DNA of 64,000 nt from Vicinamibacterales bacterium (GTDB lineage: Bacteria > Acidobacteriota > Vicinamibacteria > Vicinamibacterales > UBA823), in assembly GCA_963667915.2 (NCBI GenBank), contig CAXXNN010000003.1, forward strand, positions 482,014 to 546,013, in the 5' to 3' direction. The notes beneath the pieces were generated by a model that was given only the letters and a program-made list of their open reading frames with translations, made no database searches and had not been told where the DNA came from. The position numbers and the translations under genes were made by a program. Below, piece by piece: positions 18,428-28,380 of the stretch. Position 1 is the first letter of the stretch, and each line of letters opens with the position of its first letter.

Positions 18428-19464
18428 CCGACTCTGCCCTGGCGTTGTTTGCGTCAGAACGCTTCGCCGACCACGTCACGCCGCCTGGCCATCCCGAACG
18501 CGTGGGGCGCGCGGAGGTCATGCAGACGGTTGCGGCGGGGTGGGCCCGCGGCGGTGGTGAGCTGATCGAGCCCGCGCCGGCCAGCGACGCGCAGCTGACC
18601 GCTGTGCATGCGGACGGCTACGTCGCCTCGATTGCGGCCACGGCGGGCCAAGCAGTCGGGCTCGACCCGGATACGTTCACGTCGCCGCAGTCGCACGAGG
18701 TGGCGCGACTGGCGGCCGGCGCGATCGTGCAGGCCGTGGATCGGACGCTCGCGGGTCGGGGGCGGAGCCTGGCCCTGGTGCGGCCGCCGGGGCACCATGC
18801 GGAAGCCGACCGTGCCATGGGCTTCTGTCTGTTCAACAATGTCGCCATCGCCGCCGCGCACGCCCTGGCCAGCGGGTTGTCGAAGGTGGCAATCGTCGAC
18901 TACGACGTCCATCACGGCAACGGGACGCAGTGGGCGTTCTACGACGATCCACGGATCCTCTACGTGTCGGCGCATCAGTATCCGTTCTATCCGGGCACGG
19001 GCGCGGCCGGGGATGTCGGACGGGACGCCGGCGCCGGGTTTACGCTGAACGTGCCGCTGGCGGCCGGCGCCACCGATGGAGATTACGACCTCGTGTACAC
19101 CCGTCTGATCGTGCCGGCCGTGACTGCGTTCGCGCCCGAGCTGCTGCTGGTGTCCGCCGGCTACGACGCGCACGAACGCGACCCGCTCGCCGGCATGCGT
19201 GTAACGACCGAGGGCTACCGGGCGATGACCCGGCATCTGCGCGGGGTTGCCGACACGGTGTGCGGGGGCCAGATGGCGGTCGTCACCGAAGGTGGCTACG
19301 ACCTGCAGGCGCTCGCGGCCTGCCTCGTGTCGACCATCGATGTGCTGGGCGGCGAGTCGGCCGGTGAGGCGCCCGCGTTCGGCGACGTCACCGAACGCGC
19401 CCAGACGGCGGTCGACGCGGCCCGGGAGGCCCACCGTCCCTACTGGGCGAGTGACGCGTGGTGA
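18424..19464 (+). CDS. Histone deacetylase-family (acetoin utilization/AcuC-like) deacetylase
   Basis: RPPGHHAE, DYDVHHGNGTQ, GGYD motifs. ATGA overlap with the previous gene. Confidence 0.8.
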   Translation: MTDSALALFASERFADHVTPPGHPERVGRAEVMQTVAAGWARGGGELIEPAPASDAQLTAVHADGYVASIAATAGQAVGLDPDTFTSPQSHEVARLAAGAIVQAVDRTLAGRGRSLALVRPPGHHAEADRAMGFCLFNNVAIAAAHALASGLSKVAIVDYDVHHGNGTQWAFYDDPRILYVSAHQYPFYPGTGAAGDVGRDAGAGFTLNVPLAAGATDGDYDLVYTRLIVPAVTAFAPELLLVSAGYDAHERDPLAGMRVTTEGYRAMTRHLRGVADTVCGGQMAVVTEGGYDLQALAACLVSTIDVLGGESAGEAPAFGDVTERAQTAVDAAREAHRPYWASDAW

Positions 19465-19472
19465 CGCAGACG

Positions 19473-20666
19473 ATGGCATTCGAGAAAACATTCATTCCGT
19501 ATGGGGCCTACTGGAGCACGCCGTTCTGCCGATGGCAGGGCAGCCTCGCCGGCGAGCACTCCCTGAAGCTGGCCGCCCGGGTCGCCCGCCAGGCGCTTGG
19601 CGCCGGCCCCGTCACGCCCGAGTCCCTCGACGCCATCGTCTTGGGCATCACGGTGATGCAGCGGCAGAGCTTCTACGGCGCCCCCTGGCTCGCCGGCCTG
19701 CTCGGGGCTGCCGGGATCAGCGGCCCGACGATCTCGCAGGCCTGTGCCACCTCCGCGGCCACCGTCGCTCACGCCGCCCTGCAGATCGAGGCCGGTCAGC
19801 GAGACTGCGTGCTCGCGATCGCCTGCGACCGCACGAGTAACGGTCCGCATGTCTACTATCCGGACCCGTCGGGTCCGGGCGCCCTGGGGGAGGTTGAAAA
19901 CCCGGTCTGGGACAGCTTCAACCGGGACCCGTGGGCCGGCAACGCCATGATCGAGACGGCGGAGAACGTCGCGCGCGAGGCCGGAATCACGAGGGAGGAG
20001 CAGGAGGCGATGGCGCTGCTCCGGAGCGAACAGTACCAGGCGGCGCTTGTCGCCGACCGCACGTTTCAGAAACGCTACATGCTGCCGGTCGTGCTGAACG
20101 CCGGCAAGAAGAACGAGCGTGTCGTCGAGGAAGACGAAGGCGTCTTCGGGACGACGGCCGAGGGGCTGGCGAGGCTCGAGCCCGTGCGGGACGGCGGGAC
20201 GGTGACCTATGGGACGCAGACCTACCCGGCCGACGGCAACGCGGGCGTCGTCCTCTGCACCCGCGCGGGCGCGGAGCGGCTCACGAAACGGACCGGAGTA
20301 CGCGTGCAGGTCTTGAGCGTCGGCTCGGCCAGAGCGAAGAAAGGCTTCATGCCGATGGCGGTCGTGCCGGCCGGTCGACACGCCCTGGAAGAGGCCGGTG
20401 TGGGGATCGCGGATTGCGCCGCGGTCAAGACCCACAATCCGTTCGCCGTCAACGATGTGTATCTGTGCAGAGAGCTGGCGTTGGATCCCGAGCAGGTGAA
20501 CCGCTACGGGTCGTCGCTCGTCTACGGTCATCCGCAAGCGCCCACGGGGCTGCGGGCGATGATCGAGCTCATTGAGGAATTGGTCGAACGCGGTGGCGGC
20601 CTGGGACTGTTCGCCGGCTGCGCGGCGGGGGACACCGCCATGGCGGTGGTGTTCAGGGTTGGTTGA
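19473..20666 (+). CDS. Thiolase-family acetyl-CoA acyltransferase
   Basis: ISQACATSAATV active-site Cys region; C-terminal CAAGDTAMAVVF. Confidence 0.75.
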   Translation: MAFEKTFIPYGAYWSTPFCRWQGSLAGEHSLKLAARVARQALGAGPVTPESLDAIVLGITVMQRQSFYGAPWLAGLLGAAGISGPTISQACATSAATVAHAALQIEAGQRDCVLAIACDRTSNGPHVYYPDPSGPGALGEVENPVWDSFNRDPWAGNAMIETAENVAREAGITREEQEAMALLRSEQYQAALVADRTFQKRYMLPVVLNAGKKNERVVEEDEGVFGTTAEGLARLEPVRDGGTVTYGTQTYPADGNAGVVLCTRAGAERLTKRTGVRVQVLSVGSARAKKGFMPMAVVPAGRHALEEAGVGIADCAAVKTHNPFAVNDVYLCRELALDPEQVNRYGSSLVYGHPQAPTGLRAMIELIEELVERGGGLGLFAGCAAGDTAMAVVFRVG

Positions 20667-20689
20667 AGGCGCATCAGTGACCCTTCGTG

Positions 20690-22420
20690 CTAGTACTTGG
20701 CTCTTGCGATCTGGGTCGACCAGTTACAGCCTGACAGACCCGGGACTTTCTTCGAGAATTCACCCGCAATCCAGAAGCTCAAGTTACCCAAGGGGTCGGC
20801 TTGCGCGCCGACATAATCCCCGGTGCGGTTGAGGCCACTCCCGTCGATGTCTTGCAGGTTGCACCTGCCCCTGGCGAGGCTCACGACGGCATCCATGTTC
20901 TTCGCCCGCGCCTTCTTGCCGTTGTACGCGGTGCTCAGAAACATCTGGCGGCTGCTGCGCTGGAAGGGGACCACAACATCGCCCAGCCTGTTCACGGCAA
21001 TCCCCGGGTTCCAGAAATATTCATTGTTGCGTCCGAACGTTGCTTGGAAGTCGATCGTCCCGGAGAGCGCCGAGGTCGCGCCTGGAGTGATCCGCAGTAC
21101 GTGGATGCAGCTTTCGTTCGGTCCCCCTCCCAGGCGGCATCCTGTGGTCTGGGTAGCCCAGAGCTCGCCGTCGCGGAACGCAGCCTGCAGGATGTCATCC
21201 AGGCCGGTATCGAGGCGAACTCCACCGCCCTTCTGGAACGCGCTGGGTGGAAGGCTGTGGTCGTCACCACGCAGCGTGATCCTGCTGAGGCGCGGCCTTT
21301 TCACGGCCGCGCTGCTGGGTCCTGCGGTGATCTGCCAGAGACCATATTCGTCGCTCGACACGAAGCGGGCGTCCGAGCTGACAAAGAACAGCGGATCTCC
21401 GGGAATGTTGCTTTCGGTGTAGTGCTCAGCCGGCTGGACCGTGAACGCCTTGCCTCCCGCAGCTTCCTGCGGTGCTTTGAATACGAACAGCTTCAGGTTG
21501 GGGCATAACGAGGCGTTGTCCACCAACGAGATCTTGTCCATCACAAAGAGGTAGACATTGAAGAAGGCTCCCCCCCCGTTCGCGAACCGGAAGTTGTTCG
21601 CGCTGATGGCCAGCCAACTTCCGTTCATCCCGAAGCCCGGGAAGTCTGCCCAGGAGTTGCTGCGCTTGCCCCCAATCCGGTAGTTGCACCAGCCCTCTTC
21701 CAGGCTCAAGACGCTGCTGCTTCGAGAGACTGAAAGGTAGATGAAGGATTGGTTGGGCCCGTCGTTCTGGTGTAACGCCATGATGAAGAAGCGGTTCGAC
21801 AGCCGATCGAAGTACACCTTCGGGTCGAACAGATCGCCGGCCAGGCGGGCGCTGCCGCTGCGGCGAGGCGGTGCAGATGAGGCGACCCCAAAGTGGTTGT
21901 TCAGGCTCTGAATCTCGACGTCCCGGTTGGCTCGTGAAGACAGCCGCAACGCGCTGTTCGTGGCTTCGAGCACCTCATTCGGGCCCGCGGCTACGATGGT
22001 GTCCGGTGGGGCAAAGCCGCCGGCTTCGTTCGCATCGAGCCCTTCGAACCTTGAGCGGGCTCGGGGTGCGGAAGGCAACAGGCGAGGGTCTTCGGCAAGC
22101 CCCACCTCGGAACCGGTCGGCATCCTTGGGTCGAAATCCGCCTGCTGCTTCAATCTCCGATACGTGGCAGGATCGACCCTCCGGCCTCTGGGTACCTCGA
22201 CTCTGCCTCGGACTCTTGCCGTCTGCCGATCGGAGCGCCTGCTGCGGCAGCACGGCTCGAGCTCCTCGACCGCGATGGGAGCGAACGTCTCGCCCGCCGT
22301 CCCGCGTTGTGAGCTCCCTCCGGAGTCCTGAACCGCACTGGTCGTCTTCGACGTCGTGCCCACGCCGACGATGAGCACGATGGCCGTGGCCCACAGCAGC
22401 AGGCTGGTTCTCATCCACAT
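20690..22420 (-). CDS. Orphan secreted hypothetical protein (possibly beta-propeller/sialidase-like fold), atypically low GC
   Basis: Signal/TM segment MWMRTSLLLWATAIVLIVGVG. PPDTIVAAGPNEVLEATN and C-terminal NRTGDYVGAQADP...FWIAGEF motifs. Sampled windows are about 53-55% GC against about 70% in the neighbours. Start at 22420 sits downstream of the predicted promoter. Confidence 0.6.
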   Translation of the reverse strand: MWMRTSLLLWATAIVLIVGVGTTSKTTSAVQDSGGSSQRGTAGETFAPIAVEELEPCCRSRRSDRQTARVRGRVEVPRGRRVDPATYRRLKQQADFDPRMPTGSEVGLAEDPRLLPSAPRARSRFEGLDANEAGGFAPPDTIVAAGPNEVLEATNSALRLSSRANRDVEIQSLNNHFGVASSAPPRRSGSARLAGDLFDPKVYFDRLSNRFFIMALHQNDGPNQSFIYLSVSRSSSVLSLEEGWCNYRIGGKRSNSWADFPGFGMNGSWLAISANNFRFANGGGAFFNVYLFVMDKISLVDNASLCPNLKLFVFKAPQEAAGGKAFTVQPAEHYTESNIPGDPLFFVSSDARFVSSDEYGLWQITAGPSSAAVKRPRLSRITLRGDDHSLPPSAFQKGGGVRLDTGLDDILQAAFRDGELWATQTTGCRLGGGPNESCIHVLRITPGATSALSGTIDFQATFGRNNEYFWNPGIAVNRLGDVVVPFQRSSRQMFLSTAYNGKKARAKNMDAVVSLARGRCNLQDIDGSGLNRTGDYVGAQADPLGNLSFWIAGEFSKKVPGLSGCNWSTQIARAKY

Positions 22421-22476
22421 GTCAAGTCCTGTAGATCGCTTAGCCGTCTCATGGAGGGCAAGCCGTTTCTGCTGAG

Positions 22477-22505
22477 TGAGTAACACCCCGGTATTTGATT
22501 GTCAA
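22477..22505 (-). promoter_or_regulatory. Promoter TTGACA-N17-(TGt)TACTCA for the low-GC orphan gene
   Basis: Minus strand reads TTGACAatcaaataccggggTGtTACTCA. This places the transcription start site (TSS) near 22470, downstream of the tracked ATG 22486. Confidence 0.45.
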
Positions 22506-22569
22506 CGTCGTGCGCCGTCTTCTAGCCACTGATGGTCGTGTCCTCGGTCCTCAGCCCGGACGGCTACGC

Positions 22570-22575
22570 TATAAT
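22570..22575 (+). promoter_or_regulatory. -10 box TATAAT about 120 nt upstream of leuS
   Basis: A perfect hexamer in a 70% GC context, correctly oriented in the divergent intergenic region. Confidence 0.3.
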
Positions 22576-22696
22576 GAACGCCGTGGCAGCTTCGCCGTCG
22601 CCACGGCTGTCGGCCGCCAACCGACCCAACGATTTTCACGTTCACCCCGCCCGTCGAGGAGCCGTCGGCGACACGGTCCGCCGGGCGGACGCGCAG

Positions 22697-25234
22697 ATGG
22701 CCTCACCCGTGTCCGACTACACGCCCCAGGCGATCGAGAAGAAGTGGCAGCGGCGCTGGACCGAGCAGCGGGTCTTCGAGGTGGCCGAGGACCCCGCGCG
22801 GCCGAAGTTCTACTGTCTCGTGATGTTCGCCTACCCGTCCGGGCACGCGCACGTCGGTCACGTCCGAAACTATATGATCGGCGACGTCGTCGCGCGGATG
22901 AAGCGCCTGCGCGGCTTCCACGTGATGCATCCGTTCGGGTGGGACAGCTTCGGTCTGCCGGCGGAGAACGCCGCGATCGAGCACCACGTCCACCCGAGGA
23001 CGTGGACGCTCGACAACATCGCCCATATGAAAGGGCAGCTGCAGCGCCTCGGCATCAGCTACGCCTGGGAGCGTGAAATCGCGACCTGCCTGCCCGAGTA
23101 CTACCGCTGGAACCAGTGGATCTTCCTGAAGATGTTCGAGCGGGGGCTGGCCTACCGCCGCCGGTCGACGGTCAACTGGTGTCCGAGCTGTCAGACCGTC
23201 TTGGCCAACGAGCAGGTGGTCGACGGGCAGTGCTGGCGCTGCGCCTCCGATGTCGACGCGCGCGCGCTGGAACAATGGTTTCTGCGGATTACCGAGTACG
23301 CCGAGCAGCTCCTGGACGGGATCGAGCGCCTCTCGGACTGGCCCGAGAAAGTGCTGACGATGCAGCGCAACTGGATCGGCCGGTCGGAGGGTGCGCAGGT
23401 CAGGTTTCCACTAGCCGGGGCACAGGGCGAGGCGATCGAGGTGTTCACGACCCGGATTGACACGATTTTCGGCGGCACGTTCGTCCTCCTGGCACCAGAG
23501 CACGAGCTGGTGGACCGGATGGCCGAGGCGTCCGAGGATCCGGGCGGCTTCCGCGCGCGCGCCCGGCGATTCCTCGCCCAGGATCGCACGGGCAGGCTGA
23601 CCGGTGAGATCGAGAAAGAAGGCTTCGACACGGGCCGCGTGGCCACGAATCCGTTCACCGGGGAGTCGGTGCCGGTCTGGGTGGCCAACTTCGTCCTCGG
23701 CGAGTACGGCACGGGTGCGGTGATGGGTGTGCCGGCGCACGATCAGCGCGACCTCGAATTTGCCCGCAAGTACGATCTGCCCGTCCGCGTGGTCATTCAA
23801 CCGGACGACGGGTCGTCGCCCCTGTCGGCCGAGGCGCTGTCGGAGGCCTATGCGGGACCGGGCCGCCTCGTGGATTCAGGGGAATTTTCCGGGCTGTCGT
23901 GGCAAGCGGCGCTCGCCAAGATGACCGAGGCCGCGGCGGCGCGCGGGATCGGGCAGGGCACGGTCCAGTATCGGCTCAGGGATTGGGGGATCTCGCGCCA
24001 GCGGTACTGGGGCACGCCGATTCCGATCATTCACTGCCAGGCTTGCGGTCTCGTCCCTGTGCCCTACGAGGATCTGCCGGTGGAGTTGCCAGACGTGACG
24101 GCATTCAGCGGACAAGGTGACTCGCCGCTGGCGCAGGTGCCGGAGTTCGTCAACACGACGTGCCCGTCGTGCGGCGGTGCCGCCAGGCGGGAGACCGACA
24201 CGATGGACACGTTCGTCGATTCCTCCTGGTACTTCTACCGGTACTGCGATCCGAACAACACCGAGCTGCCGTTCGACCCCGATGCTGTGCGGTACTGGGC
24301 GCCGGTGGATTTCTATAGTGGCGGGGTGGAACATGCCATCCTGCACCTGATCTACTCGCGCTTCTTCTGCAAGGTGCTGCACGACCTCGGTCTCGTCGAG
24401 CACGACGAGCCCTTCTCACGGCTGCTGACCCAAGGGATGGTGCTCAAGGGCGGCGCCGTCATGTCCAAGTCGAAGGGCAACGTCGTGGATCCGGATGACA
24501 TGATGGCGACCTACGGGGCGGACACGCTGCGGCTGTACGAGACGTTCGTGGCGCCGCCGGAGAAGGAGATCGAGTGGGCGGACACCGGCCTCGAAGGCAG
24601 CTTCCGGTTCCTCGGGCGGGTCTGGCGTCTCGTCGAGCCCCTGGCCGCGCGGTTGGCACAGGCGCCACCGATCGAGTCCGTCGAGACGCTGGACGACGGC
24701 GAGCGCGCCATGCGCCGGAAGACGCACGGGACGATCAAGCGCGTGTCGACGGACGTCTACCCGCGGGTGCACCTGAACACGGCCGTGTCGGCGCTCATGG
24801 AACTGGTCAACGAGCTGTACGTCTTCTGCGACACGGCCGGCTGCGGGCCCGGTGCGCCCGCGACCGGGACGGCCGGTCGAATCCAGACCTGGGCCGTGCT
24901 GCGGGAAGCGATCGAGGCGCTGGTGCTGATGCTGTCGCCGTTCACGCCGCACCTGGCCGAGGAGCTCTGGGAACGGCTCGGGCATGCGGACGGCCTGACG
25001 GCCGCCCGATGGCCGGAGTTCGATCCGGCCGTGGCGAAGGCCGAGACGCTGGTGATCCCGGTGCAGGTCAATGGCAAGGTGCGAGCCAGGCTGACTGTGG
25101 GTGCGGACAGCGATGACGCGGCGCTGGAAGCGCAGGCGCTCGCCGATCGACAGGTCGCATCGCATCTTGCCGGGAAAACGGTGACGAAAGTGGTCGTGGC
25201 GAGAGGCCGTCTTGTCAGCATCGTCGCGAAGTGA
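22697..25234 (+). CDS. leuS: Leucyl-tRNA synthetase
   Basis: [10 protein letters not shown] (HIGH-type) and VMSKSKGN (KMSKS) motifs; KKWQRRW N-terminus. Confidence 0.95.
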   Translation: MASPVSDYTPQAIEKKWQRRWTEQRVFEVAEDPARPKFYCLVMFAYPSGHAHVGHVRNYMIGDVVARMKRLRGFHVMHPFGWDSFGLPAENAAIEHHVHPRTWTLDNIAHMKGQLQRLGISYAWEREIATCLPEYYRWNQWIFLKMFERGLAYRRRSTVNWCPSCQTVLANEQVVDGQCWRCASDVDARALEQWFLRITEYAEQLLDGIERLSDWPEKVLTMQRNWIGRSEGAQVRFPLAGAQGEAIEVFTTRIDTIFGGTFVLLAPEHELVDRMAEASEDPGGFRARARRFLAQDRTGRLTGEIEKEGFDTGRVATNPFTGESVPVWVANFVLGEYGTGAVMGVPAHDQRDLEFARKYDLPVRVVIQPDDGSSPLSAEALSEAYAGPGRLVDSGEFSGLSWQAALAKMTEAAAARGIGQGTVQYRLRDWGISRQRYWGTPIPIIHCQACGLVPVPYEDLPVELPDVTAFSGQGDSPLAQVPEFVNTTCPSCGGAARRETDTMDTFVDSSWYFYRYCDPNNTELPFDPDAVRYWAPVDFYSGGVEHAILHLIYSRFFCKVLHDLGLVEHDEPFSRLLTQGMVLKGGAVMSKSKGNVVDPDDMMATYGADTLRLYETFVAPPEKEIEWADTGLEGSFRFLGRVWRLVEPLAARLAQAPPIESVETLDDGERAMRRKTHGTIKRVSTDVYPRVHLNTAVSALMELVNELYVFCDTAGCGPGAPATGTAGRIQTWAVLREAIEALVLMLSPFTPHLAEELWERLGHADGLTAARWPEFDPAVAKAETLVIPVQVNGKVRARLTVGADSDDAALEAQALADRQVASHLAGKTVTKVVVARGRLVSIVAK

Positions 25235-25259
25235 TGCGCGTGAAGAGTGAGGCACGCAC

Positions 25260-25820
25260 ATGATGCGTACATCAGTGTTCGGCGGGCGGGCCGGCCGCCT
25301 CGTCACGATCGCGCTGCTCGTCGGCGCGCTCACAGCGGGGTGCGGCTACTCGCTTGCGGGCCGGGGATCGTTTCTTCCGGAGTACATCGAGACGATCGGC
25401 ATCCCGCTCTTCGTGAACAACACCTCCTTCTTCGAGGTCGAACAACTCCTGACCCAGTCGGTGCGCAGCGAGTTCATCGGGCGGGGGAACTACCAGGTCG
25501 TGCCGGACGCGACCGGCGTCGACGCAGTCATCGAAGGCCGGATTGTGTCGATTCAGCTGCGTCCGTCGAGCTTCACCGACCAGCAGCAGGCGTCGCGGTA
25601 CAGCTTCACGCTGACCGCCAGCATCATCATGCGCGATCTGCAAGCCGACGAGATCGTCTGGGAGAACCAGGCGCTGACCTTCATCGAGGAGTACGACGTC
25701 GTCACCGACAGTGGCAACGTCAGTGCCAGTGCATTCTTCGGCCAGGATACGAACGCGCTCGAGCGGATGGCCCGCGATTTCGCGACCACGGTCGTCAGCT
25801 CGATCCTCGAGGCATTCTAG
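25260..25820 (+). CDS. lptE: LPS-assembly lipoprotein LptE-like
   Basis: Lipobox LTAGC; conserved leuS-lptE-holA order. Confidence 0.65.
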   Translation: MMRTSVFGGRAGRLVTIALLVGALTAGCGYSLAGRGSFLPEYIETIGIPLFVNNTSFFEVEQLLTQSVRSEFIGRGNYQVVPDATGVDAVIEGRIVSIQLRPSSFTDQQQASRYSFTLTASIIMRDLQADEIVWENQALTFIEEYDVVTDSGNVSASAFFGQDTNALERMARDFATTVVSSILEAF

Positions 25821-26749
25821 TGGCGGCTGCCAGCCCCGCTGCCGTTCGCAAGCAGATTGCCGCCGGCCAGACCGATCCCCTGTACCTGATCCTGGGCGAG
25901 GATGAAGAGGAGAAATCTCGGCTGGTGACCCAGTTTGCCGAGCTCGTCGAGGAAGACCTGCGACCGTTCAACATCGAACGGCTGTACGGTGACGAGACGA
26001 CGCTTGGCGCCGTCATGGAGTCGGCGCGAACGCTCCCGGTGCTCGCCCCGCGGCGCGTGGTGACGGTGTTGCGGGCCGAGCGCTTGCTGATGCCGAAGCG
26101 GGAGAGCCTCCAGGCCACGCGTGATCTCGAGGCGTTCGACGCGTTCATCAAGGCGCCCGAGCCACACGCGACGGTCGTGCTCGTAGCGGGCCCACTCGAT
26201 CGCCGGCGCCGGATCGTCGCAGCGTTGTTCAAGCGAGCCACGGTCGTCGAGTTCGAGGGCCTCGATGACGCGGGTGACGCGGCCCGGTGGGTGCGTGCGG
26301 AGCTGAAGCGACAGCGCGTCACGATGGAGCCGGACGCCATTCGTCTGTTGATTGCCAGGGCCGGGCCGGACATTGTCCGGCTCCGCGCCGACTTCGAGCG
26401 GGTCGTACTCTACGCGATGGGTCAGCCGACCGTGCACCGGAGCGACGTGGAAATGGTGGTCGGGCCGGCCGAGTCGCAGGACGAGTGGGCGATCGCCCGA
26501 GCCATCGAGCGGGGAGCGGCAGACGTGGCGTTGCGCGAACTGGCGCTGGCGTTCGACGCGGGTGCCGTGCCGGTGATGATTCTCGGCCAGCTAGGGTGGG
26601 TGGCGCGGACGAAGTTCCCGGCCCCGAGAGTGCCGGCCGCGGTCGAGGCGCTCTATCGGACCGACCTGGCCCTCAAGACCTCGGGGGGGGACCCGCGCGT
26701 GTTGCTCGAGCGCCTTGTAGTCGATCTCTGTCGAATGCCAGGGAGCTGA
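25820..26749 (+). CDS. holA: DNA polymerase III delta subunit
   Basis: PLYLILGEDEEEK N-terminal motif. GTG 25820 overlaps the lptE TAG. The upstream part of the tracked 500-aa ORF overlaps lptE out of frame. Confidence 0.75.
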   Translation: MAAASPAAVRKQIAAGQTDPLYLILGEDEEEKSRLVTQFAELVEEDLRPFNIERLYGDETTLGAVMESARTLPVLAPRRVVTVLRAERLLMPKRESLQATRDLEAFDAFIKAPEPHATVVLVAGPLDRRRRIVAALFKRATVVEFEGLDDAGDAARWVRAELKRQRVTMEPDAIRLLIARAGPDIVRLRADFERVVLYAMGQPTVHRSDVEMVVGPAESQDEWAIARAIERGAADVALRELALAFDAGAVPVMILGQLGWVARTKFPAPRVPAAVEALYRTDLALKTSGGDPRVLLERLVVDLCRMPGS

Positions 26750-26784
26750 TGCCGCAAGAAGTGCCGGGCGAAGCCCCACAGGAA

Positions 26785-27048
26785 TTATGCCAGCTTGGCG
26801 ACGTGGCGGGTCAGGCGAGACTTGTATCGGCCAGCCGTGTTGTCGTGGATCAGGCCCTTGCCGGCCATCTTGTCGATCAGGGAGACGGCGCTCCGCAGTT
26901 CCGTTTTGGCCGCCGCCGCGTCGCCCGAGTCCAAGGTGGCGCGAATCGACTTGAGCGCCGAGCGCAGCCGGGTGCGCGCCTGCCGGTTTTGCTCGCGCTG
27001 CTTCACGTTCTGCCGATGCGCCTTCAGCGCCGATTTGTGGTTCGCCAC
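26785..27048 (-). CDS. rpsT: 30S ribosomal protein S20
   Basis: MANHKSALKAHRQNVKQREQNR signature. Confidence 0.95.
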   Translation of the reverse strand: MANHKSALKAHRQNVKQREQNRQARTRLRSALKSIRATLDSGDAAAAKTELRSAVSLIDKMAGKGLIHDNTAGRYKSRLTRHVAKLA

Positions 27049-27096
27049 GGTCGTCGTCCCTCATGCGCCGGCGGTCGCGGGTGCCGACAAACCACC

Positions 27097-27105
27097 ATTG
27101 TAACA
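27097..27105 (-). promoter_or_regulatory. Extended -10 TGtTACAAT upstream of rpsT
   Basis: Minus strand reads ctggTGTTACAATggtgg, about 49 nt before ATG 27048. Confidence 0.35.
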
Positions 27106-27136
27106 CCAGATGACGCGGAGCACCGCGGACGGGCGC

Positions 27137-27556
27137 CTAGTCATCCAGACCCTTCAGCCGTCGGAGCGTCCGACGCTCGCGCTTGCCCGGGGCCGTGCGC
27201 CGGCGGGCCACCGATCGGTCCGCACGGCTCGCCAAGCGCACCAGTTCGCGCAGCTGCGCCTCCTCCGGCGACGGCGGCGGCGTCACATCCTCGTACAGCG
27301 CCCGGGCGTCCGCCTTCGCGACATGGTGCGCGGCGAGCGCCCGCACGACGACCTGCTGCCGACCGCCGAGTCCCCTGGTGATCGTGATGCGGTCCCCCAA
27401 GCCGATTTCCCGGTGCGGTTTGGCCCGCTGGCCGTTGACGTCCACCTTGCCGCCCTTGCAGCCCTTCTGCGCCTCGGATCGGGTCTTGAACAGACACGCG
27501 ACGTCGAGCCAGACGTCGAGTCGGAGTCGTGGGGATGGCGGGGTCCGGTCGCTCAC
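27137..27556 (-). CDS. S4-domain RNA-binding protein (Hsp15-like)
   Basis: RLDVWLDVACLFKTRSEAQKGCKGGKVDVNG S4 motif. ATGA overlap with the upstream transglycosylase. Confidence 0.65.
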   Translation of the reverse strand: MSDRTPPSPRLRLDVWLDVACLFKTRSEAQKGCKGGKVDVNGQRAKPHREIGLGDRITITRGLGGRQQVVVRALAAHHVAKADARALYEDVTPPPSPEEAQLRELVRLASRADRSVARRRTAPGKRERRTLRRLKGLDD

Positions 27557-28266
27557 GGTGTCGAGCGCGGGCGGTCGGCGACCTCGTAGTCGCGGCTGGC
27601 CGGCTGGACGTTGGAGTAGCGCGGGATGCGGCGCCCGCCGACGACATCGTAAGTCTTGTAGATGGTCGTGCCGGTCACCGACACCGTCGTGATCTCGGCC
27701 CGGTCGCGGATGCGCCCGATGAATTGCTGGGTCTCGCGGTAGGGCGGGACCTGGTTGCCGTAGCGCTCGACGGCGCTCGGGCCGGCGTTGTACGCGGCGA
27801 GGGCCAACTCTTCGTTGTCGCCGTACCGATCGAGGAGTCGGCGCAGATAGGTCACGCCGCCGCGGATGTTCTGGTCGGGATCGAACGGGTCGGTCACGCC
27901 CAGGTCGCGGGCGGTAACCGGCATGAGCTGCATGAGGCCCTGCGCGCCTTTCGAGGAGACGGCGCGGGAGTTGAAGGCCGACTCCACCTGGATGACGGCA
28001 CGCACGAGATCCGGGCGGACGCCGATTGCGTGGGCGTGGCGATCGATGAGCGCGCCGTACCGCCGGGCGCCACGCGACAGGACGGCGCGCGTCGTCCGCA
28101 CCGCGCCCGAGCGCCCCACCCCGACGGTGAGCGCGTGGGGGTCCTCGGGTCGATCGGACAGCACGAGTCGCCCCTGCGCGTCCCGCCAGGAATAGATCTG
28201 GGCCTCGGCCGCGCTAGCGGCCACCACCCACAACAGGCCCGCGATCAGAACGGCTCTAAGTCCCAT
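27553..28266 (-). CDS. Lytic transglycosylase (SLT domain) with N-terminal DUF4124-like region
   Basis: Signal peptide; IYSWRDAQGRLVLSD; catalytic IQVESAFNSRAVSSKGAQGLMQLMP motif. Confidence 0.8.
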   Translation of the reverse strand: MGLRAVLIAGLLWVVAASAAEAQIYSWRDAQGRLVLSDRPEDPHALTVGVGRSGAVRTTRAVLSRGARRYGALIDRHAHAIGVRPDLVRAVIQVESAFNSRAVSSKGAQGLMQLMPVTARDLGVTDPFDPDQNIRGGVTYLRRLLDRYGDNEELALAAYNAGPSAVERYGNQVPPYRETQQFIGRIRDRAEITTVSVTGTTIYKTYDVVGGRRIPRYSNVQPASRDYEVADRPRSTP

Positions 28267-28380
28267 CTCTAGTAACTCTAACGTGCCAAGTAGTTTATCC
28301 CGGCGCTGTCGCCAACGGCAAACAGCAGGACCACCGGTCGGGCACGGCCCGTGTTCAGCGGGCTGAATGCAGCGGGACTG

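Noticed and set aside
22576-22696. T-box or other leader RNA in the ~120-nt leuS 5' region (hairpin gccgtggc...gccacggc).
   Set aside because: I could not find a T-box sequence, a specifier-loop architecture or a terminator/antiterminator pair. The hairpins are short and expected by chance at this GC content.
25247-25819. A 500-aa ORF as a single holA gene starting at 25247.
   Set aside because: Its first ~190 codons overlap the lipoprotein gene lptE in another frame and have shadow-ORF composition. The holA-like sequence begins at GTG 25820.
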